Below are positions 51,390 to 64,000 of a stretch of 64,000 nucleotides of DNA, one piece after another (the stretch's first letter is position 1; each line of letters begins with the position of its first letter). The notes under the pieces are model-generated. The model ran no database searches and was not told where the DNA came from. It saw only the letters and a list, made by a program, of their open reading frames with translations. The DNA comes from Tubulanus polymorphus (Eukaryota; Animalia; Nemertea). The position numbers and the translations under genes were made by a program. Location: assembly GCF_964204645.1 (NCBI RefSeq), contig NC_134029.1:6634001-6698000 (forward strand), written 5' to 3'.

Positions 51390-52955
51390 CAGAATCTGAA
51401 TGTTATAACTACATATACGGGGACCATTAGATGTTCACGCCGGATGCATCAATATTACGTGCTTTAATGATGTACAATAACTAAGAGCGGCTGTATTTAA
51501 AATCATTTTGCCTGCGGTGACACTTAAACGTCGGCGTGAGTGTATTGAACCAGGACCAACATCACACATAAAACGTCGCTTTCTGGTCCACCAACGCTGG
51601 ACGTCGGCTCTACAGCGATATTTAGCCAACAGCCAGTTTAGTCAACTTGTATTCGTAATTTGATTTGTAGCAGACGCATCTTCGGAATGAAGTTGCCGAT
51701 AATAACGTTACACGAAGCCGTCCATTATTGGTGTCTATATTGTACATTGCCCTGCTGAACGATGGCTTACCTAAACTCGGCCCGCCACCGGTGAACACGG
51801 CGCGTAGAGCTTATGCACATGACGTGACAGCACGTCATATAACGAACTTTAATTTGGCAGGTATTGGTGCAAATGATTAACACATTGGGTGGGTGGCTGT
51901 ATTTCTATAACCTGCCCGGTCATATCATAGAATAGCGATGGCTTCTTTATTCATTTGCTTGATTTATTTGATTTCTATAGAGTTATTTGGTGTGTCCCTA
52001 CCACCAAACCCACCAAACCCACCACACCTGCTGGGAACGAAGCCGATGAATCGGAAATCGAAGTTCGGGTGTTGTCGGTCGAATTTGCATAATTTTGTTT
52101 GAATCACTCGTAACTAGAAATTTTTGTTCCGGCCCGTGTAAAATGATAACCAATTTGTTGCTGCTCAGGTTTTCAGATCGGATTTGCGGTTTATGTTAAT
52201 ATCCGATCACGAATCTAAAACTACTGCTTGGTAACTGACTCAATAAACCCTAAAATCCAAGTGCTAAATGGTCGGAAGTGCATATCAAAAAACCTTTAAC
52301 CTGAAGTGAAAATCGCAGACAAAGATTGATAAATCCTGGAAAAGGTTAAGCTGTCACTTGTACGCTAGCATTAACACTTCTCCGGGGGATATTGGACGCA
52401 TTTGCGGTCATTTCGTTTGAGTGCGCCTTGATTATCAATAAATCAGAGTTCTCTGGCGGGAAATAACATATCTTATATATGCGATTGATCATCGAGATTA
52501 CATAGACCCGGGTCGTATCGATGCCTAATGGTGATCGAGTACAGTACTTAACGTAACGCTCAGCTGCGGGGATGGGTGAAGATGTCATGAGAGCACGTCG
52601 CGTGTTATTCAGTCCATCTCCCGATCTAGTGCAAGATGCAAAGTATACACAAAAATATGCTTTATATAATCATGGATTCTAAAGTGTATAATGGTTGTCG
52701 TAGAATGTGATGAAAATAAGTCGGGCATGGAAAAGAAAATCGCATGAGTATAACCTCTGTACAACGATGCAATAAGTGCACTCTTTTATAGAAGTAATGG
52801 TAATATGAAGCTACGTCAGTGATATACTGCCACACTGGTAATACGTACCTTTGTACCCTCTCCTACGGGTACTACATTGAGTTTAGAATTTGCAATGCCA
52901 GGTCAGACTACCGTCTTTATACTACAATCTAAACATGTAATTGCACTGGTGTAAT

Positions 52956-53284
52956 CATCCTCCCCCGGCAGGGATTCGAACCTGATGGCATGGAGATTGC
53001 CACGGCACAAAACCCTGCCATATTCGACCGTGTGCGCAGATACATGCGCAGTTCAGATGATGTGATTTTTAGCCAATCAGAAATCCCGTTTTATTTTAGC
53101 CCGGGTTTTCCCATTTATAGTTCTTCCTTGAACGGCCTCAACGATTATACAACGAGCAATCTGATTGGCGCCGCCAGTTTTCGTTCGGAAAGCTGCCTGC
53201 GCACCCGGTCTACTGATGCAGGGGTTCGTGCCGTGGCTGAGTGTAGCGATGCCATCAGATTCGAGTCGCTGCAGAGGGAGGATG
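52956..53284. mobile_element. Non-autonomous TIR element with 9-bp TSD (Mutator-like), tRNA-like TIRs, copy 1
   Basis: About 60-bp imperfect TIRs CATCCTCCC...GGGATTCGAACCTGATGGCAT and ATGCCATCAGATTCGAGTC...GGGAGGATG, with a perfect TSD TGGTGTAAT on both sides. Confidence 0.85.
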
Positions 53285-56200
53285 TGGTGTAATAGACAAT
53301 TTTTAGAAATGCTATCCGAACATAATTGGATTTAACCGAAAATCTATCGTTGCTTTTGATCTCCACACATTCGGTATATCATAACTTCTTTCTGTGTTGA
53401 TAATTTGGTTCTTTAATAAATAACCGTTCGTGTGTACAGAATGATGGTCGATAAACGCGGTGAAATAGTCGAACGCATGGCGGTTATGACGATCAATTTA
53501 AAAGGTTTATTCAGTTGAGGACCGATGTTGAGAGTTATCTGGCTCTCACAGGTCTCTTGATTAATGTATAGATTCGCTATACGAAGTGAAAGAATGTAGC
53601 GTATCATCCGTGTGATGATTGCATGCCTCCCAAACGACACATCAGGGGCGACGGGACACGTATTTTAAAGCTTGCTCGTTGCGTTTAACACCGATATAGC
53701 GAGATTTCTTCAATACATAAGTGGAAAGTAACGAATGAGAATTCGCAATTGTAAGCGCGCGCAAGATCGGGCTTTGGCTGTGAATATCATTTTCGACCTC
53801 AGTTCAACTGGGAACGAAGAAAACTTTTCCAATTAAACTAATGCGAGTTAAGCGCACCGCGCGCACCAAAAATACATCCACCAGTTTTTGGCAATTTTAT
53901 ACGTCGAAGGCATGTCTATTATAATATCATTCCAGCGTATGAAACCTTCTTAAACTATGACACTAACTAGCAAGTCGTAGACACTATAGCGGTTACACTT
54001 CATTTGTTTCAAACCGATGAAGTATTTGCGCTGGTTTTTGACGGGTATTATTGCGTGCAATTCTACGATCCAATCCAATTACATTTCCCTGACTGTCAAT
54101 TATTTGAGCTTGGGATTTGATGGTTTTTTTTTGGTATTCTACGTGATCGACGCAACGGGTGCACTGAGATATCTCTCCCGTTTCGAGGAAAATTCCAAGG
54201 AATACGTAGAGACGGATATTTGACTGGTGGTATGATTTAACGCAGTTCTTCCTACGCGATAAGACGTATTTGATTGTCATTAACCGTCATCTAGAATCCA
54301 TTCACACACCGAAGTATCCTCATACACGCGTGTGTGCGGGGGCATTCAGGAGGGTGGCGCGGGAGGAGGTTTTATCATCAGAACATGATAGTACAATTAT
54401 CTTGGCTTTTTCAAGATTGATTAAGACACAAAGCCGCATGATTCTTTATAGACAACACAAAAGCCAATAAAGCGGGCCATTTTCGTCGCCATTTCATATG
54501 ATTAATGTATCCACATCTAACTCTTGAAGTCCGATGTAATGGGCTTATCTCCTAGAACTGTTAATTGGTTAATGGACCTGAATATCGTATTAGATTATAT
54601 TAAATGATATTCTGGCCCATGTTACATATACAGCATTTTAATATGTTGAAGATTAATAATTTCATACATTCAGTTACATCATAAACAGTCCATCTATCTC
54701 ACAAAGCTCTCTCTGTTCATATACTTCTACAATTTCTATATCAGCCTACAACTGAGGCGTGGTTTTCCACTACAGATAGACAACAGCATAATGGTACTAA
54801 ACATGTTCGCCAAATCTAGAAAAAAAAATACAGAGTATTGATTGTATCGTAAATATAGAAAGCTTAAATGATAAGTTCATGCAATCTGATGCACGGCGAA
54901 TGATGCTTGTAACTGGTTCTATTAGCATAGTACATAAAGTTTTATTTCACGGAGGTGTAGTATGGCCATTAGCGGAGGAAGAGATGATCGCGGTTGTTAT
55001 ATTTGCACAGACGAGGAATAGGGGTCTCGGCTGAGTTGATTGATAGGGTTCCGCTTTCATCTTTCACGACGTAATGACAGAACATGAAGTATCTTCGAAC
55101 AACAAATATTCCTTTCCCCTCCGATCGACATGGAAAAACCGTCATCGAGTCTGAAGCCATAAATTGTGCATTCTCGGAAGATACTTATATACGAATAATT
55201 GTGGGGGTACACGTGGCATGACCTGCAGAAAGCTTGCATACGCGTCATCAACGAACTTCCGGGACAATTTAAATGTAAATGCATGCGACTGTTAATTAGT
55301 CCTAATGTGGCTTCGTGGACTCGAATTGCGGTGACGTCGACTGCCCGCAAAATCCAGATGACCCGGTCAAACAACTTCTGCCAGTTCAGATCGGAATGAT
55401 ACGATCGATTCGAACTCTTGTAGAACTTTAAAGACAGACGCGTGTTCGGAAACGCCCTGGGGAAATATTTGAGGAAAAACAACGAGAGGAATCACGAGAG
55501 ATAAAATTGGCAAAATGTTTTATCAACCGTAGATGAATTTGTGTCCATACCAGTTAAAAACTCAACATGAAATCGGGAAATACATTCTATCAATCGCACA
55601 TGACTTTATGTTGAGACATATATATCATATAACTCGACATAAAATCAAAGTTATATTTTTTTTCTAAATGATGTCCCCTAGACGTTATATTCAGGGAGTG
55701 TACCTTGCACAACTTCTGTATAGCTCCTGTATTTTGCTGTATGTTTAGAGGTACGTTTTTGCAATATCGCGCCATCGCAATGTGCCTTTGGTATCGTATC
55801 ATAGAATTGGTTTACCAAATACGATACGCATCTATTTGATACATGCACTTATAAGTGTATATAAAGATACGTTTCATATTTTTAGAATGATCAAAGGGCT
55901 CCATTTTTTGTGGTTGTATACATAACCCACAGCAGAAATTGATTATTCTTTTACTGCCGTGGAATACATAGGTTCGTTAAATTGATACTAATCGATGTTT
56001 TATACGTTGTCACCAATTGGTGCTGGTGCTATTAAAGAAGCGGTCGATGCCCAACAAGCTACGGCAGCTAATTATTAATTTCTTTATTTTATGACGATTT
56101 TTCATAGTCACGCCACGTGCTTATCTATCAGACGCAGTGACGAACCAAATTATGCACGCCTAATTTCGTTCTATTCTATGTGATCGAAAGGAGCAACGCG

Positions 56201-58782
56201 CGGAGCCCTATTCAGAATTTAATTAGCAGATTGTTCTTATTTTTCTTTATACTTCCTAGTCATTCACCATAGTCATTGATGCCTTCTTCTTGCGTCGAAT
56301 TCACTCTAGCTAATTGTACGCCACCCAACCGGGTAAACAGGCCTGACCCCAATGAGCCGGAAGTCGTAGTTATTGCAGACGACGACTAAATAAAAAAGTG
56401 CAACGAGTGTTAGTTATCGCAGGAGAGACTCGTTTCATCAGATTTTTCTTCCCGAAGGAATGATGATGATCGTTGCTTGCCTCTTTTTTTACATTAGAAC
56501 GATAGTTAGGCTAATTGGATTGGTACTGATTTAAAGAAATCGAGATTGTTCGAAAGAAATGCAGATTCACGGTACGGTTGCCGCTCTAAAATGAAGTTGA
56601 ATGAAATGTTTATCATATAGACAATATAGTGACAGTACCATGTATATCAACATATGTAACAGCACAATGAAACAGAAATATAAGGAATATCTGAATAGAG
56701 TGGGATAAAGGTACATAATTCGCTCGGTAATTGCTATAGTATCGACAAGCAATTTTGTATGTACATCAACTAATACCGTTAAATCAAGCTGCATCTTCAA
56801 TATAAATAGCTTACATATGGACTTCTATTATCTGCTTCGATTACATATAAGGATTTTGTCATCGTTCATTATAGAAGTGGCTTATAGCGTGTAGGCGCGT
56901 ACAAAATGACATGGGGTTTAAATTCCTTGCTAGGAATAACCTTCCAATTAGCAAATATCTCATGTATATAACTTTCATCAGGTCATTTACCACCAACGAG
57001 TAAATCTGTCGGAAGCTGAGCAAAAATAGACATTGCAGTAATTATCTTTAAGATAATTACTGCATCTGGACTGAAACTGAAGCCAGACCAATGATGCAAC
57101 ATCGAAGCTGCCTACCAATAATTCAAAGAATTACCATAGAGCCTACGTAGATGTTATTCTTTTGAATCATTCTTTATACGGGTAGAACACTAAACAACTA
57201 TGTTACTGCCCCGGTTACTGCGTTCGAGAAATTTAAGAATCGCCAGGAAAATCTACATTTCATTTCCTTTATAATGGTGTATAAATTATGTTTATCATGC
57301 GAAACTGAAGGGAAACTTCTTTATCGAATTTTGTTTAAATAGCAAAATATTTTTCGACCGTCAGAATGGTTCGTAAAATGCATTGCGATACCCGGGAGCG
57401 TGTAACCGCAAAACAAACCGTTTGAATTGCAGAATTAGAAAATGTCAACCAAATCGAGTATGAATATTCAATAGGCCTACAATTGCTGATAAATTCATAA
57501 ATGCAATTGGTTTTTCTTTTCATAGAATAATCGATGATAATTACTGACGTAATGTTGGCAAAGGCCACAAGATCATTCAAATTCTAGAATATTCGAAATC
57601 TATATCCTCAACTTTCATTTTGAAAACTTCGCAGTCGTCATCATGCATGCGATGGTGACGTCGCTTAGTAGAGCATTAAGCGTTCGATGCCAAGTACTGA
57701 TAGTCGTCCTTGGTATACCTACAAGATAATGCTTGGTACTCGGCGGTACACAGCCACTTTAGTATTTGGTAGTGTCAGTGTACGATATATACTCCTCATT
57801 TTGTATTCAAAATACTGTTTGATGCATGACACGTATGTATATACGCGAAGGATAAGTGGTCGCGGTAAGACCACGAGACGAACAAAGTGCGCACTCTTGG
57901 CGTCGTTGTAAATTCTATAACTTTTCGATTAGTTCACAACATTCGCGAATGTAATCATATGCAATCGCAGGATTTGATAATTCTATTGTGTTTATTGAAC
58001 GCTGCAGTGAATAAACGATGAATATTCGCGTCGTGACTACTCGCTTTAACGACGATGTTTAGAATTCACTTCTACTAAATCTTGTTAATTGGATGATGAG
58101 TTCCGGTTATCGTGCTAAGAAGATTAACCACGATATATATACGTTCAATCGAAATACCATGAACGCATATATAGAATGACTGAAGAAATCGTGACCCGAA
58201 ATCGTGTGGTATTTTGTGCCCGTTGTTATGTATTTGACACGACAAAATCTAAAGTCATTCCACCAATTTTACAATATCGGACTTGTCCCCGGTAGCAAAA
58301 AGTACTGACGTTATATATCGCGTGTATGTTTATGGCATCTAATTGGTTTTCTGATTGTCATAACTGTAACAGGGCAAAATAATAAAAATTCTCCTGGGAA
58401 AGGATTCTGCACGGAGGTTTTCCTAGTCTGGATGGTTGAACTATGCGTTAAGGTTGTCTTTGATAGGGCGAGTAGTTCAAGCGCAAGGAAACAACCCGAA
58501 GCGTCATCTGTCTTTGCAATTAATCGGCATCCATTTATACGAGGTCCGAATACAAAAATCCAGCAAATTGGACTCACTTCCCCCGAATGTGTAACATTTG
58601 GTAGTCAAATTTTCCTAGACCTGTGAGACGATTAGCCTTGTGAGACATTGAATAAAACAAAAACGAATCAAGTGCGTAATAGAATTTTTCAAAATTCCTG
58701 AATTATTTACTGTGTTCAGGAAACCATCAGTTTGGATTGTTCGATGTTATCATCATTCTTTATTTAGCTTATAGATACACAG

Positions 58783-58916
58783 GGGCTCGTATTCGAAGTT
58801 CGGGGGTGAACTGTAGCTTAGATCATCCAATATCCAAGGTACTATTAAATGTAAAAAGAACTTGGATATTGGATGATCCTAAGCTACAGTTCACACCAAA
58901 CTTCAAATACGAGCCC
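58783..58916. mobile_element. Palindromic MITE
   Basis: GGGCTCGTATTCGAAGTT..GGTGAACTGTAGCTTAGATCATCCAATATCCAAG is mirrored by CTTGGATATTGGATGATCCTAAGCTACAGTTCAC..AACTTCAAATACGAGCCC. Confidence 0.85.
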
Positions 58917-59801
58917 ATGTAAATAGATATTATTGATATTTTGTATAAAGTAGGTAACATACATAATGTTGAAATAGATTGACAGGGTGAACCTGTTTAA
59001 AGTTTTCTCTTGTAGCTACAGGTACCAAAATAGACACTTCTCTTTCACCCACACATTTGCAGTTTCTCACTCACAGTCGATTTTCTACTGCTACATTTTA
59101 TAAAAGTGTAGATGTGAAATAGATGTGACGAAAATCCCTCGTATATAACGAACCAATCATCAGCGGGATCTTGATCATGAAAACATTAACCAATTATGTC
59201 CGTCGAAACTGATCAGCTGGAAGTAGAAGCCGAAGTTGGAAGCAGAGAACGTAATGCAAAGCCTTGGACGTACTGGTACTAATTAATACATGTACGGCCA
59301 TATCGTCTGCCGAGAAGAAGAAAATCATGTACGTAATGGAGTGATGAAAATCAAGCTTATTCACCGTTTTATCTTGCTTATGATTCATTCGTAATTAGTC
59401 TGATAATATTTTCCGCCGGTCGATTCCCCCCAGAGTGCATTTGAGAATCTTTGATGAATGGGATGATGCTACGCAATTTCGGCTATTTACCTAGATGCGC
59501 GATCTGCGTCGCTTCCGTAATCAGCATTCGCCCCGACCAGTTTCCAAGCGACGGAGCTCAGCCCTAGCTAGGTTATTCTCTTCTCTACTCCAGAACCAAA
59601 AGAATTGGCTAATTCCGTCGAACGACACACATCATCGCAAACCGCCAAATCAACTTAAGGTCGGCGGTCTTGAAAGATGATAATTCGTCTATCTATAAAG
59701 ACAGCAAATATAGATGCGCGATGGAAGATCTGACTGACTGACTGTCAGGTGCAAGCGACCTTCCTGAACGTGGGTCGTCTGGAAATTAGCATATTTTGCG
59801 A

Positions 59802-60114
59802 CATCCTCTCCGGCAGGGATTCGAACCTGATGGCATCGAGACTCGCCACGGTACGGAACCCTGCCACATTAGCCCGAGTGCGCAGCTTAGATGATCTCAT
59901 TGTTAGCCATCAGAAATCCCGTTTTATTTTAACCCGGGTTTTTCCATTTATAGTTTATCCGTGAAATTTGCCTCAGCGATTATGCAACGGGGAATCTGAT
60001 TGGTTTGCTTGCGGCAAACCTGCGCACGTACCTGCGCACGCTGTCTAGTGCGGCAGGTATCGTAGCGTGGTAAGTCTCGATGCGATCAGGTTCGAATCTC
60101 TGCCAGGGAGGATG
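59802..60114. mobile_element. Non-autonomous TIR element with 9-bp TSD (Mutator-like), tRNA-like TIRs, copy 2
   Basis: Homologous to 52956-53284 over its full length; TSD ATTTTGCGA/ATTTTGCGG. Confidence 0.85.
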
Positions 60115-61849
60115 ATTTTGCGGTGGCGCAATTGGGATAATATCATCATTCTTCGCTTTACGTTTCATAAAGGCGAATTTCATCTAACAGCGCAGTTACA
60201 GCCAGACCGCAACAGACAATAAATTATCCATAATTTGGATATTATACGAGACTGGGTGAATAATATTTGTATTTATTACCGAGATCAATTAAATAGGACC
60301 CATGTAACAATCAATCAGAGAATATTACGCCGGGAGAAGTCGTCGGTGGTGGCGATTGCCATATATATATAATTGATTCAGCGTGTTGTGTATAAGCTAA
60401 GCCACACATTGATCAAGTGGAATTGTTTTCAATCCGAGAACACGATCAGGAATTCATGTCGCGAATTAGGTCCAATTGAAGTTCGACAGCCTTCGTGGTG
60501 TATCAAACATCACCCGATCGTAACTTCTTTCTGCGTCTAACTTTATTATCGATGATGACGTGTCTCTGAGTTTGACGTATGATCTGCTTGCTAAATATAC
60601 ATTAATATCAATTTGGAATTTTCACTGTTCAGCGCAGGCAACGCCGGATATGATATATAGCATCATATCTATAAAAGAGAGTAATGTACGTACTAGATGT
60701 ATTCGTATAATACTATATCGACCCGATATATGAAATAAGCATCCGATCCCACTAAATATCACTGTGTTAACCTATATATTCACAATCTTCTATATCACAC
60801 CAGTGCCCAACGGATTTTTCTGTTTTTTCGTAATATTGTACATACCTGTTTTATTGTAAACGAAGAATATTTGACACTCCGAGCTCGGCGCTAGTTCGGC
60901 GCTATGTTTAACCGTTCGTCATCAGAACGTCAGTCTATTCATTGCCTTTTTCTATCCTGAAATAAAATGGAACCCTTTTACGACTTGAAAAGCTACGAAA
61001 TATTTACAGTTTGTGATATATTAGCTAGCTACATGCATAGATGATGCAATGTTTCCTGATTTATATACATGTACCTGGGCGAGAATGGGACGTCATTTGT
61101 AATACCAGAATGTTTCACATTCACTGCATTTTCAATGCTATTAGTTAAATTTATCATCATTAGGCCACATCTCGGGAACTATATGCACAGTACATTACAT
61201 GGTCGTGATTTTACCCGGGGCTCACTGGGTAGCTGATACATTATGCCTCAAGAATATACATTAATATACATTACTGGGAATCGAAACTTTAAATAGCCGC
61301 GTTGTAATTCAAAATATGTATATCAAACATTTCGGTTGCCTAATTCTATAGTGACTACTTAGTACAAATTCAGGTAGTATCCTGAAGGGTCGTGATAGAT
61401 TTCCCAGTAGTATATACTACTGATATTAGCGTCGATGTTGCATATATAGTCCGGGGATATTAGATTTCGAATTGAGATCGATACCAGAATGTGAACGGTT
61501 ACATAACAATTATAAATCAATTCATTAGCGGGCAGCGATGCTAAATCCAATTAGAGTTGGATTAAATATACGCGGGTAAATGTGTGGTGAGCAATTGTTT
61601 CGTGTCAAATGACCTCTCCTCTTGATACAGTTCAAATGAACTATAAACAGCTGCGGCCTTCGTTTTAGTTTATCTGACTTCTTAAATGCCACCGATAATC
61701 TTAGTCCATCGAGTAACGGTCTTGCTTATGGATAATTAGATTGCGGCTTATACTTTGACCTTTTGGATTGATAATGATATAATATTGCTTTCAGTTAGCT
61801 GCATATCATTGTATATAATCTATTCAAGGAGAAAGGAGCATGCGCTTTT

Positions 61850-62035
61850 TTAAAACTTCATCGTGTTCATTCACTGAATCTTTATTTCGGAAACAGAGAA
61901 ATGATTTTGTTTGAAACTTCAATCTGTTTTTTCATTGAAACATCATTTTCGAAACAGAGTGTTCACTCGTTGAATCTTCATTTTGGAAACAGAGAAATGT
62001 GTTTCTTTGAAGCTTCATCGTGTTCATTCATTCTC
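61850..62035 (+). repeat. Degenerate tandem repeat (minisatellite-like)
   Basis: Recurring GAAACAGAG and CTTCATCGTGTTCATTCA units. Confidence 0.6.
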
Positions 62036-62978
62036 ATTCGAGAATCTTACCAATTAGAAAAAAGATTCTTTTTATGCAAAGTTACCATATTTTCAAAGGT
62101 AGTATTCGCTTTGAAATGTCAAACCGTAATTACATGCAAATTCGGAAGACAAATGTCAACGCTTCTTTTTTTCGATGGCTTTTTGTGACTAAGTTCTGTG
62201 GTTCTCGCTGGGGACAAAAATTCTTTTCAACTCATTAATTTATTCGTCGATTCGTAATGTGAATCAGAAGGAGTAGATGAAGCGACTTCGAGAAAGAATG
62301 CAACCCCGAAGCTTCAGGAAGCGGGGTGCATTAAAACTGTCATGCTGCAGTTATATCAATCTTCGAAGCAGATTCTGTTGCAAAATGTGAAGATTTCCTC
62401 AATACTAAAATCCCATCGATCTTCATAGAACTAATAATGTAATTGCGGCATCGAATTCATCCATAAATCACAGAATATACGCGACTCAGTAGTTTATATC
62501 ATTTATATTTGTCCACTTCAATGTAAATTCTGGTGCACGGATGACGTGAAGTGCGTGAATAGAATGAAACCAAGGGACCGCGAGGACAGATTTCCATACA
62601 CAGAAAGCTGATGCTGCCCGTGGGCGACATGCACTCTGTAATGAATTGAAGCAAGGAAGATAAATAACGGGAGTCATTTTTGTTAGTGTTATACCTACTG
62701 CCCGTGTATTAACGAGGAAGCGAATACCAGTCTACCGGTCTCCAATGCCGAGGTTCCACAGTTCTCATCAGAAATATAGAATGTCGGAGTCTATATACCA
62801 GTAGTATAGACCAGTAGAAGGGTCCCAGCAATATGGATAAGACAGACATTAGTAATGAAACATTACCAAATGTCGATGTAGCAAACAGCGTATATACACC
62901 GTATCCACAGGTTCGAACGATTTTTTTTAGCTGAACCAGTAGCTGGATTCTTATCAGAACAGCAGCAGTTGACACCAG

Positions 62979-63114
62979 AGGCCAGTTCCATAGTCACAGC
63001 TTAGACTTAAAAAACCCGCCTAAGACCAATTTTCAAAAATCATTTAACAACTAAAGACCAGTTTAAAGATTTAAGACCACTTTTGGACTTAAGTCGCATC
63101 TGTGCAACAAGCCC
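62979..63114. mobile_element. MITE family A, copy 3
   Basis: Shares TTAGACTTAA, TAAGACCA and TTTAAGACCACTTTTGGACTTAAGTC with the copies at 37402 and 51252. Confidence 0.75.
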
Positions 63115-64000
63115 CATCATCGCATAGTTAGTAATCGATGTTTTTTGGTCGGTTTGGGTATCGACTCGGCACCGAGGTGGTCAATCATTGCGGCCCTTGT
63201 GTCTTGGCACTCAATCGATGAAAGAAAAGTATCTTGTTCTTGCGGTTATTTCATCATTTGTCAACATTCGCCGAGATTTCGTGCTACCGAGATCCTTTCA
63301 TCCATCAACATCGTCAGAAAATGTCTTTGCCGCTTAGTAATAAGTCTATGAGGCGTACTTCATTAGCGCTAATAGCAACGTGACGGTCTACTATCGCAAA
63401 CCTTCCCCTGGCCGACTTATTAGTACCGGTATTCGATCGGGTCAGATGGTGTGTTGGTTCCGGTTAAGATGTAACGATTCGTGATTTAAGAACTAGATCA
63501 ATTCTAAGTTCTTAATCAATGTATTAAGCTAGCGAACAGCGGTAGACATAATACGGCTCAATTCATGCAATGATTTTTGAGATTTCTTTTCGCAAATCTC
63601 AATGTTCAGTGCAATGGCAATGCGCTGTGGGAAATCCCTATGGTGCGCAATCTCAAACTCAAGCGGGAAATGATCAAATTGCAAGTAACGTTCTTAAAGC
63701 GCTGAAAAACTAGGAAAAATAGCTTTAACCATGTACTTTAAAACGATACTTTTATATTCCATGTGCGTTTTATACTCCATGCTTTAACAGTTACTTAGAT
63801 ATTTCAAAATGAATTAAAATCGCGATTTTGTTTGACCCAGTAAAACATGCGGTTCTTGATTTCGCATCGTCAATATTGCGTACCAAAAAAACCCGAGAAT
63901 CACCGGCAAAACCTGCATTTGATATTCTTTAAAATGATGCATTAATTACGTTTTCCAAGAAAGTGACCATGACATTTAAACTGTTGATCTCATTGTTGTT

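Noticed and set aside
52990-53292. 100-aa ORF with a similar ORF at 59749-59964
   Set aside because: Both lie inside the palindromic non-autonomous element; the similarity reflects the repeat and the frames are not conserved.

Overview
AT-rich eukaryotic (invertebrate animal) genomic DNA with GT-AG introns; nothing prokaryotic, and most short ORFs in the track are noise or single exons. Genes supported, in order: a GT32/DxD glycosyltransferase with a single coding exon (-, 1637-2641); the multi-exon NBAS gene (-, 11007-27918); CCDC25, head-to-head with NBAS and with an uninterrupted CDS (+, 28529-29155); two tandem intronless class-A GPCR paralogs (-); and a 6-exon TMEM165/GDT1 (UPF0016) homolog that I assembled by hand (+, 35539-38915), in which both ion-binding E-phi-G-D-[KR]-[TS] motifs are rewritten (ELCSRA and ECSQRV). 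From about 41 kb to 64 kb I find no recognisable coding exons. Non-coding DNA is full of MITEs and LINE tails. It also holds a Penelope-type minimal hammerhead ribozyme at the apex of a 49-bp inverted repeat, a second weaker hammerhead, a 514-bp intronic palindrome, and two copies of a 9-bp-TSD element whose terminal repeats carry tRNA-like B boxes. All family assignments come from motif recognition by eye, not database searches.
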